Source: a virus
Direction: 5' to 3' (one strand)
Length of the DNA stretch: 64,000 nucleotides
Virus record (IMG/VR): IMGVR_UViG_3300017527_000761
The notes below the pieces were generated by a model, which was given only the letters and a program-made list of their open reading frames with translations, was not told where the DNA came from and made no database searches. Below are positions 16,658-26,648 of the stretch, piece after piece (position 1 is the first letter of the stretch; each line of letters begins with the position of its first letter). A program made the position numbers and the translations under genes.

Positions 16658-17148
16658 TGAGTTCTGGAATTTACAAAATAGCTAACAAAATAACTGGAGA
16701 TTTTTATATTGGGTCAACTAACAATATAACAAGAAGATTTGGGGAACACAAAACCCATTTAAAAAACAATAAACATCCGAATATAATATTGCAAAGGGCA
16801 TGTAACAAATATGGCTTGGAAACTATGCACTTTCAACCTGTAGAATTAGTTAAGGATATAAATAATTTAACTACTAGAGAGCAGTATTATTTGGATACAT
16901 TAGATCCTAAATATAACATTCGAAGAGTGGCTAACAATAATTTAGGTATGAAACATTCTGGTAAAACAAAAGAAAAAATATCTAAAAGTAAAGCACAGCC
17001 ATTTAAAATTATAAGTCCCACAGGGAAACTAATTTCAGCCATAGGACTTAACAGATTTTGCAGAGAACATGACTTAGATGCAGGACATCTAAGTAAAGTT
17101 ATTCTCGGTCAGAGGAAATCACATGTTGGGTGGACACAAGCTTTGTAA
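16657..17148 (+). CDS. GIY-YIG homing endonuclease (free-standing)
   Basis: SGIYKIANKITGDFYIGST (GIY-x10-YIG), conserved R and E, C-terminal DNA-binding-like region. 1-nt overlap with the ligase stop. Confidence 0.75.
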   Translation: MSSGIYKIANKITGDFYIGSTNNITRRFGEHKTHLKNNKHPNIILQRACNKYGLETMHFQPVELVKDINNLTTREQYYLDTLDPKYNIRRVANNNLGMKHSGKTKEKISKSKAQPFKIISPTGKLISAIGLNRFCREHDLDAGHLSKVILGQRKSHVGWTQAL

Positions 17149-17151
17149 AAT

Positions 17152-17180
17152 TTGTATATTTGCACAAAAAATGCTATATT
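17152..17180 (+). promoter_or_regulatory. sigma70-like promoter TTGTAT-N17-TATATT
   Basis: Upstream of 17211 with an AAGGAGG SD leader. Confidence 0.4.
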
Positions 17181-17210
17181 TAATAAACAATAATTAAGGA
17201 GGAATACTCG

Positions 17211-17429
17211 ATGAGTATGACACTATATCAGCGTGCGTATGCTAAAAAATTAGCTGCAGGCGCTACACAAAACACATACATTCAATCTGTATATGACACA
17301 TACTCACATCAGGCAACTGGTGGAGATAGTGGTGCAACCAGTAAATGGAAAGCACAAAAAACCAGAGAGAAAGAAAATGTGCATGCATACACACGCAAGC
17401 TTACCGTATTACACGGTGGTCCAGCATAA
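17211..17429 (+). CDS. hypothetical protein (72 aa)
   Basis: ORF with strong SD AAGGAGG. Confidence 0.45.
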   Translation: MSMTLYQRAYAKKLAAGATQNTYIQSVYDTYSHQATGGDSGATSKWKAQKTREKENVHAYTRKLTVLHGGPA

Positions 17430-17441
17430 TCAGAGATACAT

Positions 17442-17774
17442 ATGGCAAGATCATTATTTCATATAGCTGAAGTTAGAACTAAACAGCGTGATGCAGCAAA
17501 AGCAAAAGAAGTATTAATTGAAGAGCCTGTGGTTGAAGAGCCACAGGTTCCTTCTGAAACAATTTTAGAGGAAGTAAAGAAAGATATTGTAGAACCCGTT
17601 GTAACAGAAAAGGAAGATAAAAAACCGGAAGTTATACCCGAAGTTCCTGAAGAAGTAAAAAAGGAAATGGTAGAAACTTTGATTGAAAAAGAAGTTCCTA
17701 AAAGTAAAGGTTCTAAGGATCCCAAAAAAACCGCTTCCAGAAAGAAATCTAAAAAAGAGGACAGTGATGAATAA
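17442..17774 (+). CDS. acidic E/P/V-repeat protein
   Basis: EEPVVEEPQVPSE...PEVIPEVPEEVKKE low-complexity acidic repeats with a basic tail. Confidence 0.45.
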   Translation: MARSLFHIAEVRTKQRDAAKAKEVLIEEPVVEEPQVPSETILEEVKKDIVEPVVTEKEDKKPEVIPEVPEEVKKEMVETLIEKEVPKSKGSKDPKKTASRKKSKKEDSDE

Positions 17775-18222
17775 GCAGAATCTTGTAGGATTTAAAAACG
17801 AGATACAGAAAGATGCTAAATTTTTACCTTTAGTGCGCGGTAAGGGTGCTATAAAAAGATTTTTTGCTAAGAGAAAAGGAGCAAAAGATATCTACAAGCA
17901 GACATCAAATGAAGCTGCCGCAATGTTAAAGAAAGATCCAAATTTTAATGTTAGTGGATATATGAAGGAAAGAGGCGCTCAGTTAACCAGGCTCGGCAAA
18001 GAGCAGGCATCTAAAGCAGAAAATGTTGCACTTACTAGTGGTAAAGGACCTAAAGGCAAAGGTTTTGTAAGTCGTCATAAAAAAGGATTGGTCGTAGGTG
18101 GAGCAGCGGTTGCTGGAGGTTTATATCTAGCTAATTCCGCAAACGAATCTAGTGAAAAGAAACGTAGACAATTAGCTTCAATGCGAGGCCTGAATATACC
18201 ACAACGAGCATATTATAATTAA
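17768..18222 (+). CDS. basic lysine-rich protein
   Basis: Start moved to the ATG overlapping the upstream stop (MNKQNLVGFK). The ORF-track start at 17683 overlaps 90 nt. Confidence 0.45.
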
Positions 18223-18527
18223 TGTATCTCTTAATAGAACACAATGGAACCGAGGCAGCTAACGACTTAGCAGTAGCTCTAAAAAATGTTGCAGAAGACA
18301 ACTTTGGAGCTACTTGCGAGTTTGTTATTTCTGATATTCCAGATATAGGAATATATAACGAGGATCAAAAAGAATTAATCCGATTTACTGGTCCACGTTC
18401 AAACGAAGATCTAAATTATATTATTAATTTTATATATGAAGACGACGAAGATAAAGAAGCAGAACGTCGTAAAAAAGCGAGGAAAAAAGATGGGTTACGA
18501 AATATTTCAACACCTGAATTACGATAA
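18222..18527 (+). CDS. hypothetical protein (101 aa)
   Basis: ORF. Confidence 0.4.
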   Translation: MYLLIEHNGTEAANDLAVALKNVAEDNFGATCEFVISDIPDIGIYNEDQKELIRFTGPRSNEDLNYIINFIYEDDEDKEAERRKKARKKDGLRNISTPELR

Positions 18528-18720
18528 AGAACCCGAAACTCCAAATGAGTTTGATTCTTTATTTTGTAAGATAGCCGAAAAAGCACAGCCAGAATCTTTT
18601 GTTAAGATGGGAGAAATGGTCAAGGAAGCTTTTGAAGGCAAGTATGACAATCAATTCACCGAGTGGGGAGAAAAACTTAAGCTCGACAGAGAGAAATTAG
18701 CTAAATTATTTGTACACTAA
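18490..18720 (+). CDS. hypothetical protein
   Basis: Internal Met with GAGGA SD (MGYEIFQHL) is the likely start. ORF track gives 18436. Confidence 0.35.
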   Translation: MGYEIFQHLNYDKEPETPNEFDSLFCKIAEKAQPESFVKMGEMVKEAFEGKYDNQFTEWGEKLKLDREKLAKLFVH

Positions 18721-18887
18721 TGCAACCTAAAAAACTTACAAAGACACAGGTTGGGCCTCGAAGTGTCAAGTGCCCTGTTTGTGGAGGGCAAACTGCTAGA
18801 ATAGAGTCTAGTGTAAATTCAGCCGGGAGGACTCATAGAAAAATTATTTGCCATGCTCCAAACTGTAGGAGTGAAAGAAATGTCTAA
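18720..18887 (+). CDS. small zinc-ribbon protein (55 aa, below ORF-track cutoff)
   Basis: CPVCGG...CHAPNC (C-x2-C ... C-x4-C). Start overlaps the upstream stop (TAATG). Confidence 0.35.
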   Translation: MQPKKLTKTQVGPRSVKCPVCGGQTARIESSVNSAGRTHRKIICHAPNCRSERNV

Positions 18888-18980
18888 AGCAGATATTGTT
18901 TTTAAAAAGTTAGCTCGTCGTAAGTGTAAGAAGGTTAAATATATTAAAACTAAAATGAGGGATGACTTTCGAATAAAAAA

Positions 18981-19829
18981 ATGAAAATACCTTATATAAA
19001 ATATATAGAAGCATTAGTTTGTAGTAAATTATCAAAAGACCATATAGAAGAAAAACTTGCTGAGCAAGAATTTTTTATTCCTTTTGATGGTACAGATCAG
19101 GTTCATGCAACTCTTGCAAAAATTAATCCAGATTATATTACTAAGAATCAACCAGATCCAAATTGGTTAATGGAAATGGGCGTTGATAAGATGGTAAGTT
19201 ACTTGCGTAAGTTAGATATGCCGAACGGAACCACTGGTATAGAAGGAGCATTTCGATTACTTGAAGACCCCCTTATGTATCGCTTGATTACCTCTCTAGC
19301 ACTTGCCAAAATAACAGACGAAGATATTGAATTGATTGTTAATGGAAAGTATAATATTAGCTATACATCAGAAGACATTGCAGAATTTTTACATTACTTT
19401 TTTAATGTCAAGTCTTGGTCACTTACAGACAAAATAGAATTTGTAGATATAACTGAAAATAGTAATTTAAAAAGATTTTATAAATTAGCTCTCGAAGGAG
19501 ATAAAGACCGTCTTGTTTGGAAACTTGGCGCAGCACCAAACAAATCTTTTGATTCTATGCTCAGAGAAATAATGACGGATTCATTTTATAATTTCAAGGA
19601 AAGTTCAAAGACTAATACAGACGTAGCTCAGAAATGGGGTAACCTTGCACTCAAGACTGTAGAAAAACTTGAAAAATTTGATAGGGATACCAAGGAAAAG
19701 AAAGATGTATTTACTGAAATTTCATTCAAGTTAAATAAAAAGAAAGAGCAGGATTTACCTGCATCTGAAGGACCTATAACTCAAGCAGAAGAAGAAGTCA
19801 AGATTAAACATATATCAGAGCTAAATTAA
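18981..19829 (+). CDS. hypothetical protein (282 aa)
   Basis: ORF. No recognisable motif. Confidence 0.5.
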   Translation: MKIPYIKYIEALVCSKLSKDHIEEKLAEQEFFIPFDGTDQVHATLAKINPDYITKNQPDPNWLMEMGVDKMVSYLRKLDMPNGTTGIEGAFRLLEDPLMYRLITSLALAKITDEDIELIVNGKYNISYTSEDIAEFLHYFFNVKSWSLTDKIEFVDITENSNLKRFYKLALEGDKDRLVWKLGAAPNKSFDSMLREIMTDSFYNFKESSKTNTDVAQKWGNLALKTVEKLEKFDRDTKEKKDVFTEISFKLNKKKEQDLPASEGPITQAEEEVKIKHISELN

Positions 19830-20330
19830 ATGGATAAAGCTGCTAAATTTTATAGACCATTAATGGTGCTAACAGAAAATGTAAGCAGAACAGGCAATAA
19901 GGCTGCAGATGGGGCTTCCCTAAGTAACGCAAGTTTGCACAGAAATTTTAAAAGATTTTGGAAACAGGAGCCTGCCCTTAGACCTACTCTTAGAAAAGCA
20001 ATTATAGAAGATAAAGGAATAGTATTTATAGCAGACAAGAAAAAAAATGACAGGTTTTTACTTAGGCACGAATTAACTCATGCTATTAGAGCTAAAAAAG
20101 GAAAACTATCTGGAAAACTTTATCCACTTTTACCATTTAATATAATTGAAGAGGTTGCTGCAAATCGAGCGGCTTGGAGAAAACTAAAAGAGGTACCTAA
20201 AGGATTTAAAACAATGGCTGCAATTGAAGTTGGGACTAAACAAGCGATAAAGCAAAGACCAATACAAGCGACAATTGCTGCGGGAGGAACAGTGACCGGC
20301 AGCGCATATTTAAAATTTAAAAAGAAATAA
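19830..20330 (+). CDS. hypothetical protein with HExxH motif (possible small zinc metallopeptidase)
   Basis: LLRHELTHAIR contains HELTH. Confidence 0.4.
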   Translation: MDKAAKFYRPLMVLTENVSRTGNKAADGASLSNASLHRNFKRFWKQEPALRPTLRKAIIEDKGIVFIADKKKNDRFLLRHELTHAIRAKKGKLSGKLYPLLPFNIIEEVAANRAAWRKLKEVPKGFKTMAAIEVGTKQAIKQRPIQATIAAGGTVTGSAYLKFKKK

Positions 20331-21280
20331 TGATGGACAAGGCTTCACAAGTTTATAAAAAAATAAAGAATACTCCTACAAGTCAGGCAATAGATGCGTT
20401 GTCTAAGGAATGGTTTAATCGTAAACCACCTAAAGGAATACGTAAGGAAAAAGCTGAAGTAGTATTCTTCAAGCGTGCTGGTATATTAGATCGTAAAGCT
20501 AACAAGATGGCACCTGATTTATGGTTGCCGGATGGAAGTCACTTGTTGCCTAACGTTCGCGATCATATCATGAAAGTAGTATACAGACTTGCACCAAAAG
20601 AGTCTGTTAAGCAAATAGTCCTTATAGGATCTACAACTGGACTTCGATATACTTCCAAGTCGGATGTAGATGTAAATGCAGTACTTGATCCGCCAAGTTT
20701 GGTTGAAGAACTTTGGGAAGAACGAAGAAAGTATAATGATAAAAATATACCAGGAACTAGCCATCCTTTAAATCTATATTTACAAGGAATGAGAGATGAG
20801 ATACCAGGATATCAAGATTCTTACTTCGGCGTATATGACGTATTAGCTGATGAATGGTTAGTTAATCCGCCAGATGAGTCTACTTATAGACGAGTAGAAG
20901 ATAAATTTTGGGCAGAACTCACGACAGTTCGAATGCTCGCAAACGAATTCATGAGAAGAGCTGATAACTATGAAAACAGTTTAAAAGATATAAAAAAATA
21001 CGGCAGAAACCCATGGAAAATAATTACATTAGAAAATCGTATACAAAGAGATCTAAAACAATTAATATCCTTCATTGAAGAATTACAACTGGGAAGAGAT
21101 TTCGCATATAATTGGGGTTGGGGATCTCCTAGAGTTGGATATCGTAATATTCTTTATAAGTTTATGCATAAAAGATTACCAATTAAATATCAGATTATAT
21201 TGGAAGATGTGGAGGAAATAATACACCAATCAAAAGCGAATGATGCCGGTAGAAGTGGAAGTTCGGAACAGCAGCAATGA
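20330..21280 (+). CDS. nucleotidyltransferase-fold protein (Pol-beta superfamily)
   Basis: IVLIGSTTGLRYTSKSDVDVNAVLD matches hG[GS]-x9-13-DhDh of minimal NTases, followed by a helical region. Confidence 0.4.
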   Translation: MMDKASQVYKKIKNTPTSQAIDALSKEWFNRKPPKGIRKEKAEVVFFKRAGILDRKANKMAPDLWLPDGSHLLPNVRDHIMKVVYRLAPKESVKQIVLIGSTTGLRYTSKSDVDVNAVLDPPSLVEELWEERRKYNDKNIPGTSHPLNLYLQGMRDEIPGYQDSYFGVYDVLADEWLVNPPDESTYRRVEDKFWAELTTVRMLANEFMRRADNYENSLKDIKKYGRNPWKIITLENRIQRDLKQLISFIEELQLGRDFAYNWGWGSPRVGYRNILYKFMHKRLPIKYQIILEDVEEIIHQSKANDAGRSGSSEQQQ

Positions 21281-21422
21281 AGCACTAGAGATAGCTCTTC
21301 GTAAGTTTAAAAAGAAAATGGAAACATCTAAAATTTTAGATGAATTTAATAAAAGACAATTTTATGTCAAACCTTCTTTAGCTAAAAGAGAAAGAAGAAA
21401 AATGAGAGCGAAATATGGATAA
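21243..21422 (+). CDS. rpsU: ribosomal protein bS21 homologue
   Basis: MPVEVEVRNSSNEALEIALRKFKKKMETSKILDEFNKRQFYVKPSLAKRERRK aligns along its length with bacterial S21 (ALRRFKR...EFYEKP..ERKR). Confidence 0.85.
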   Translation: MPVEVEVRNSSNEALEIALRKFKKKMETSKILDEFNKRQFYVKPSLAKRERRKMRAKYG

Positions 21423-21717
21423 AGCAGAAACTGTGTTTCAAAAATATGCAGGAGTTTGGGGTTCGATAGTCAAGACATTTAAGAAAACTACTAAACTTCC
21501 TAAATATGAAGGACCAATAAAAATACAACCTACACCAAGAATGAACAAAGTAAATAAAATGTATTCTGGAAAAGGTACAGCAGCACAGGTCTTGAGAGAA
21601 AAACACATGTCGGCTGAACTAGTAACTGGTGGTAAATTACCTGTGAGTGTTTTAAATAAAAAAGAATTAGCAAAAAACGTAGTTCGTGACAGATATTTAA
21701 AAAGCCTGGGAATGTAA
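21415..21717 (+). CDS. hypothetical protein; candidate small terminase subunit by position
   Basis: 100-aa ORF immediately upstream of the large terminase. No motif support. Confidence 0.3.
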   Translation: MDKAETVFQKYAGVWGSIVKTFKKTTKLPKYEGPIKIQPTPRMNKVNKMYSGKGTAAQVLREKHMSAELVTGGKLPVSVLNKKELAKNVVRDRYLKSLGM

Positions 21718-23265
21718 ATGTCTCAAGTTATACACACAACTAAAGCAGATTTTGCTGAGAATTTCTTGTATCTGAATGGTCATCAATTATCATTGAATGA
21801 CTACCCACATTTACGCGCAATTTACAATTCAGATGCGCCAGAGTCCGTCTATATGTTTTCAAGACAGACGGCGAAGTCTACCACTTTATCTAATCTTATG
21901 ATAACAAATAGTGTGATGTATAATTATTTCAAGTCTCTCTATATTTCTCCTACAGTAGACCAAACAAAAGTGTTTTCTCATGATAGAGTGAACCCAGTGC
22001 TCGAGGGTAGTCCGCTTATCAAGGAACATTATATGAATTCGTCATTAGTTCAAAACGTATTTATGAAACAACTCTTGAATGGTTCGAGAATGTACTTGAG
22101 GTATGCACTCTTAAATGCTGACAGAATCAGAGGGTACTCTGCTGACATGAATATATTTGATGAAGTGCAGGATTTAAGAGAAGATATTATTCCTGTAATA
22201 CAGGAAACCATGTCGCGTTCTATGTTCAAGTGGAGCTTGTATGCGGGGACCCCAAAGCGCAGTAAAGGAACTCTTGCAAATATTTGGGACAGATCTACTA
22301 AAAATGAGTATATCCTGAAATGTCAGTCATGTAATCATTGGAATATATTAGGTCCTGATAATATTGGTGATCTTGGAGTTGTGTGTAATAAATGTGGAAG
22401 ATCGCTTGATGTTAAGCAGGGAGGGGAATGGGTATCTACTTTTTCTTTAACTAAAAAACCAGTACTAGAAGGATTCAGAGTTTGCTTATTACATTTTGAT
22501 AAAGCTCCGTGGGTAGACTGGGAAAAAGATGTACTTGGCAAGAGAGAAAAATACTCTACTGCTAAATATCATAATGAAGTACTTGCACTTGAATATGATG
22601 AAGGAACATCTCCTATAACTGAAGCAGACTTAGTCAAGAATTGTAGATCAGAATATGTTATGTCTGGAGAACCAAACGACCTTGATGTTTCGTACAAGAG
22701 TATTATGGGAATTGATTATGGCCCAATAAATTCAGAAAATTCTCACACAGTTATTACTATAATGCAAAAACGTGGAGATAGATACCATGTTTTATACTTG
22801 AAGAAATTTTTAGGTAAGGAAGCAGATTATGCTTACATACATCGACTGATTCCTGAACTCATGGAGAAGTGGAAAGTAGTACATCTTGCTGCTGACTACG
22901 GTATGGGTGAAGCACCAAATTCAGAAATCCGTAGTAAAGTAGGACATAATAAGGTAATTGCTTTCCAACATTTACCTACACAGAAAGAAAAAATTAGATG
23001 GAATCCAAAGATGCCTGCTTACACTCTTAATCGTAGTCAAGTGATGAATGAACTGTTTCAGGAAATTAGAAAAGGAAACATGGTTTTGCCTCGTTGGGAC
23101 GATTTTGAGCCATTTAAAGATGATTTTCTCAATGTTCAAATGGACTATGATGAGGAAAAGAATAGCATGAAGTACATCAGTATAGGTCCTGATGATGCAG
23201 TACATTCAACACTTTTCTGTAAAGTAGCGCTTGACCTAATGCATGGAATTGCAAATTTTTCTTAA
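21718..23265 (+). CDS. terL: terminase large subunit
   Basis: Walker A-like FSRQTAKSTT, Walker B IFDEVQDL, and a C-terminal nuclease-like region with conserved acidic residues. Confidence 0.75.
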   Translation: MSQVIHTTKADFAENFLYLNGHQLSLNDYPHLRAIYNSDAPESVYMFSRQTAKSTTLSNLMITNSVMYNYFKSLYISPTVDQTKVFSHDRVNPVLEGSPLIKEHYMNSSLVQNVFMKQLLNGSRMYLRYALLNADRIRGYSADMNIFDEVQDLREDIIPVIQETMSRSMFKWSLYAGTPKRSKGTLANIWDRSTKNEYILKCQSCNHWNILGPDNIGDLGVVCNKCGRSLDVKQGGEWVSTFSLTKKPVLEGFRVCLLHFDKAPWVDWEKDVLGKREKYSTAKYHNEVLALEYDEGTSPITEADLVKNCRSEYVMSGEPNDLDVSYKSIMGIDYGPINSENSHTVITIMQKRGDRYHVLYLKKFLGKEADYAYIHRLIPELMEKWKVVHLAADYGMGEAPNSEIRSKVGHNKVIAFQHLPTQKEKIRWNPKMPAYTLNRSQVMNELFQEIRKGNMVLPRWDDFEPFKDDFLNVQMDYDEEKNSMKYISIGPDDAVHSTLFCKVALDLMHGIANFS

Positions 23266-23271
23266 ATTTAC

Positions 23272-23300
23272 TTGACAGTAACTAAACAAAGGAGTATATT
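23272..23300 (+). promoter_or_regulatory. sigma70-consensus promoter TTGACA-N17-TATATTCAATTA
   Basis: Perfect -35/-10 with 17-nt spacer. The spacer overlaps the SD AAAGGAG of gene 23306. Confidence 0.4.
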
Positions 23301-23305
23301 CAATT

Positions 23306-24337
23306 ATGGTAGAACCTAAAGAACTTGAGAAGTTAGGCGAACGCATATCAAAAGACTATGTACAAAAGCATATCACCTTGAATGAAGGACTCAAGAAAGT
23401 TGCGTCTGAACAGGGTTTGAACAAGCAACAATTACGTAGAGTTGCAGAGAGTGCTAATGTATCTACATATCTTGCGCTTATCAAAACAGCCGAAGAGAAA
23501 TATTTGAAATTTGATTTAGCAGATGCCGAACTTGCTCATGAAGAAACAGTAAAAGTAGGTAAAGAGGAAATTCCTATGTATGACTATACACTAGATACTC
23601 CGGACACGGAGGTATCAAGCATTTTTGATTTATATAAGAAAGCAGAAGTCTCTTTACATTCAGATTTAGAAATAGAAAATATTGTAAAACACCGAGATTC
23701 GATCAAGACTTCAAGCGGAGACTTCGTAAAGAAAAGCGAATATCTACAAGGAGTAGTCGAATACTTGAATGATAATTTTGTACAAACACAAGGATCTTTT
23801 ACAACTGATGTAGAAGAACTAGAAACACTTGTAAAACAAGCAGTTCTAGAAGGGACTACTTTTGCAGATATTTCGGGTATTATCAAGACTGCAGCAGAAT
23901 GTACAGGTGAAGCTATGATAGATTTATTTAAGTCTCGTCTAGCTGATAGAATGACACACATCGATTTTGACAAACAGGCAGAATTCTCAAGTTCGCTTCC
24001 AAACACCGAATCACGTCTATTCAAATTAGCTAATGAAATTGAAGATAAATACTTACATGCTTTACGTTTAGAAGAAGCATATGAAGCTTACAAGGCAGAA
24101 TATGAATCTCTTCGCAGTTCAAATAATTCACCAAATATGATTAAGAACGCTGGCTTTTTTAACACTGCTAGTGAATCCTTCAAGTGGTTCAAGGAACATC
24201 CAACTGCTACCGCAGCCGTGGCAATGCTTGTATCTTTCAAGGCTGGAAGAATGATGCCACAAAAAAAGAAACAATCTAAAGTACCTCTCACTCGAGATGC
24301 TGTTAATTTACGTTTACAACAATATAAGGTAAGATAA
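23306..24337 (+). CDS. hypothetical virion-module protein (343 aa)
   Basis: ORF after the terminase. Confidence 0.5.
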   Translation: MVEPKELEKLGERISKDYVQKHITLNEGLKKVASEQGLNKQQLRRVAESANVSTYLALIKTAEEKYLKFDLADAELAHEETVKVGKEEIPMYDYTLDTPDTEVSSIFDLYKKAEVSLHSDLEIENIVKHRDSIKTSSGDFVKKSEYLQGVVEYLNDNFVQTQGSFTTDVEELETLVKQAVLEGTTFADISGIIKTAAECTGEAMIDLFKSRLADRMTHIDFDKQAEFSSSLPNTESRLFKLANEIEDKYLHALRLEEAYEAYKAEYESLRSSNNSPNMIKNAGFFNTASESFKWFKEHPTATAAVAMLVSFKAGRMMPQKKKQSKVPLTRDAVNLRLQQYKVR

Positions 24338-24855
24338 TGGAGAAACAAAGTAAAATTCAGTGGGGTGCAGTGGCTGCTTCAATTATTGGTAGTGGTACGA
24401 TAATGATAGGTTCTGTTTTTGCTGATGAGATGCTTGCTTGGTTCAAGGAAAATAAAATGAAGTCCAAGAGTAAAGAATATTACAGAGAAATGTTGAAAGC
24501 ACATCCGGCTCTTAAAAAAGAAGATCCTAAAGTTGTAGCAAGATACTGGGCATCATTATTTCATTTCGCTCCACATATGGCAGCAGACCCTTTATCTGCT
24601 GGAGCTTTTATTAGACAATCGATTGATAGGGGATTTCCAGAATTATATGGCGGTCCACCGGTTGATACTTACAACACATTAGCAGCAATACAAAAAGCCC
24701 AGACAGAAGCTAAACAAGAGAAAAGAAGATTTAGTGAAATAGCAGACGCTGCTGTAGGAAAAGTAGTAGGTACCGGTCTAGTTTATGAATCAGGGTATGG
24801 ATCAAAGTCGGATTTTACGAAATTAGATACATATGGTCCTCTAGAAGCGGATTAA
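24337..24855 (+). CDS. hypothetical membrane-associated protein
   Basis: N-terminal hydrophobic segment WGAVAASIIGSGTIMIGSVF. Confidence 0.45.
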   Translation: MEKQSKIQWGAVAASIIGSGTIMIGSVFADEMLAWFKENKMKSKSKEYYREMLKAHPALKKEDPKVVARYWASLFHFAPHMAADPLSAGAFIRQSIDRGFPELYGGPPVDTYNTLAAIQKAQTEAKQEKRRFSEIADAAVGKVVGTGLVYESGYGSKSDFTKLDTYGPLEAD

Positions 24856-24858
24856 TGA

Positions 24859-26631
24859 ATGATTAATAAAGAAATATTATTCGAATATGGCGATAATAAT
24901 TCTGAAGTTTTACAATTAGTTCATCCGAGCAATTTTGTTAAAACGGCAGAATATTCTCAGGTTCTTGTAGATTTTATCAAGACGCTGAAAGAAAAAGCTG
25001 ACAAGATATATGCTCTTGTGAATGCTCTTTCCGCAGGGGAATATTACGGCTCAAATCGCAACGGCGATTATTTTCCAGAAAATGCTCTGAAAGAATATCA
25101 CAAAACTTTTGAGGCGCTCGGCCATGTTTACAGACATCACGTGAACAAGGATCCTAACAAGTCTATGGGTAAGGTAGTGTTTTCTCATTATAACCCAGAA
25201 ATGCATAGGGTAGAGTTAATTATAGAACTTGATAAAGCAAAAGCAGAAGACGTAGTTCAGAAACTTGAAAAAGGGGATTTGCCTGCAGTATCTATGGGAT
25301 GTAGAGTTCCATGGGATGAATGTTCTATCTGTGGCAATCGCGCACGCACGAGAAAAGAATACTGTGAACATTTAGCAAAGAAAATGAATCACGTGATTTC
25401 AAGTGGACAACGTATTGTAGCAATAAATAGAATGCCCAAGTTTTTTGACCTGAGTGTTGTTCTTATCCCTGCAGATAGAACTGCGGGATTTTTATCTAAA
25501 GTAGCAGGATACAATGGAAAGGAAGCTACATTTATGAAGGTGGCTAATTATGCACCTAATTTAGAAAGTAATTTACAAAAATTAGCTGAACAGGATACTC
25601 TAGCCGAAATTCGTAAGAATATAGAAGCTAAGGTTGATTGTGTAAGTTCCGATCCAAAATTACTCGTACGTAATTCACAGAATAGATTGCCAGAAGAGAA
25701 ATTAAAGAAACTTGCAGAGTTTCCTCTGAACCAGGTTTTATCTACAATGAATGCTCTACGTATTTTTCCTTTAAAAGAGGATTTTCAGAAGTTAGCACTA
25801 TACAATTTAGGTGAGATAAGTCTCGCTGATGAATTGGAACAAAAAGGAGAGGTATTTAATATCTCTGCCAACACTGTTCCCGAAGTCCCTGTTGATGTAT
25901 CTTTTGATAACTATGATGAAAAGGTAGCAGAACTTCTAATGGAAGAAATTCCAGATATGTCTATGACTAAAGAACTGATAGTTACACGAGCTTTAACTAA
26001 ACTTGCACAGGAAAGTAAGGGCACATATTTTGACCCAAGTGAACAGACGGAAACTGCAAAGACAGTATTTCCTCCACAGGCGCCGGTTGATAGAAGCTTT
26101 ATTAGTAAAATATTTTTTGGTCATGAACCAGATCCGGAAACAACTGCACACAAGAATCCTATATTACCTCTTGGTATTTTAGGAGGACTATATTATGGAT
26201 ATGCAAAAGTATTTAATAATACTAGTAAGACTGGATTTAGACAATTTATGATGAAGAATAAATGGTTATTACCAGTTTTAGTAGGTGCTGGGACAGTAGG
26301 AAGCTTGTTTGCTCAAGATGAGTCTTTCAAGAAAACTGCTGGGCTTGCAATTAACATAGATAGATTTTTACGAAATTCGCTTGTAAGTGTTCCTGTTTCT
26401 TACTATATGTCAGCTAAAGCAGAGAATAAAGCGAAAAGAGGAGAACCCATCTCTTCAACAGAGAACTTTATTAGAAAGCATCCCGTTCTAACTGGACTAG
26501 TTGCTTCTCTTGGCTTGGTTGGTGCTGAAAAAGCACTTGATCGATCTCTAGGGATTGCTAAACTAGGAGAGTTTGTAGCTAAAATGGATGATGCTCATCT
26601 ACAATTAATATATATGGATTTAATTAACTAA
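24859..26631 (+). CDS. large virion-module protein (590 aa); portal candidate by position only
   Basis: Between terminase and scaffold/capsid genes. No motif support. Confidence 0.3.
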   Translation: MINKEILFEYGDNNSEVLQLVHPSNFVKTAEYSQVLVDFIKTLKEKADKIYALVNALSAGEYYGSNRNGDYFPENALKEYHKTFEALGHVYRHHVNKDPNKSMGKVVFSHYNPEMHRVELIIELDKAKAEDVVQKLEKGDLPAVSMGCRVPWDECSICGNRARTRKEYCEHLAKKMNHVISSGQRIVAINRMPKFFDLSVVLIPADRTAGFLSKVAGYNGKEATFMKVANYAPNLESNLQKLAEQDTLAEIRKNIEAKVDCVSSDPKLLVRNSQNRLPEEKLKKLAEFPLNQVLSTMNALRIFPLKEDFQKLALYNLGEISLADELEQKGEVFNISANTVPEVPVDVSFDNYDEKVAELLMEEIPDMSMTKELIVTRALTKLAQESKGTYFDPSEQTETAKTVFPPQAPVDRSFISKIFFGHEPDPETTAHKNPILPLGILGGLYYGYAKVFNNTSKTGFRQFMMKNKWLLPVLVGAGTVGSLFAQDESFKKTAGLAINIDRFLRNSLVSVPVSYYMSAKAENKAKRGEPISSTENFIRKHPVLTGLVASLGLVGAEKALDRSLGIAKLGEFVAKMDDAHLQLIYMDLIN

Positions 26632-26648
26632 CTAAGGGAGGTTAAAAT

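Noticed and set aside
23272-23300. Treating the 23272 TTGACA-N17-TATATT element as a certain leaderless promoter for gene 23306
   Set aside because: Its spacer contains the SD AAAGGAG correctly spaced from the ATG, so translation from read-through terminase-operon transcripts is equally plausible. Kept as a possible internal promoter only.
24859-26631. Calling the 590-aa protein the portal and 28039..28467 the decoration protein with confidence
   Set aside because: Only gene order supports these calls. No portal or decoration sequence signature is recognisable by eye.
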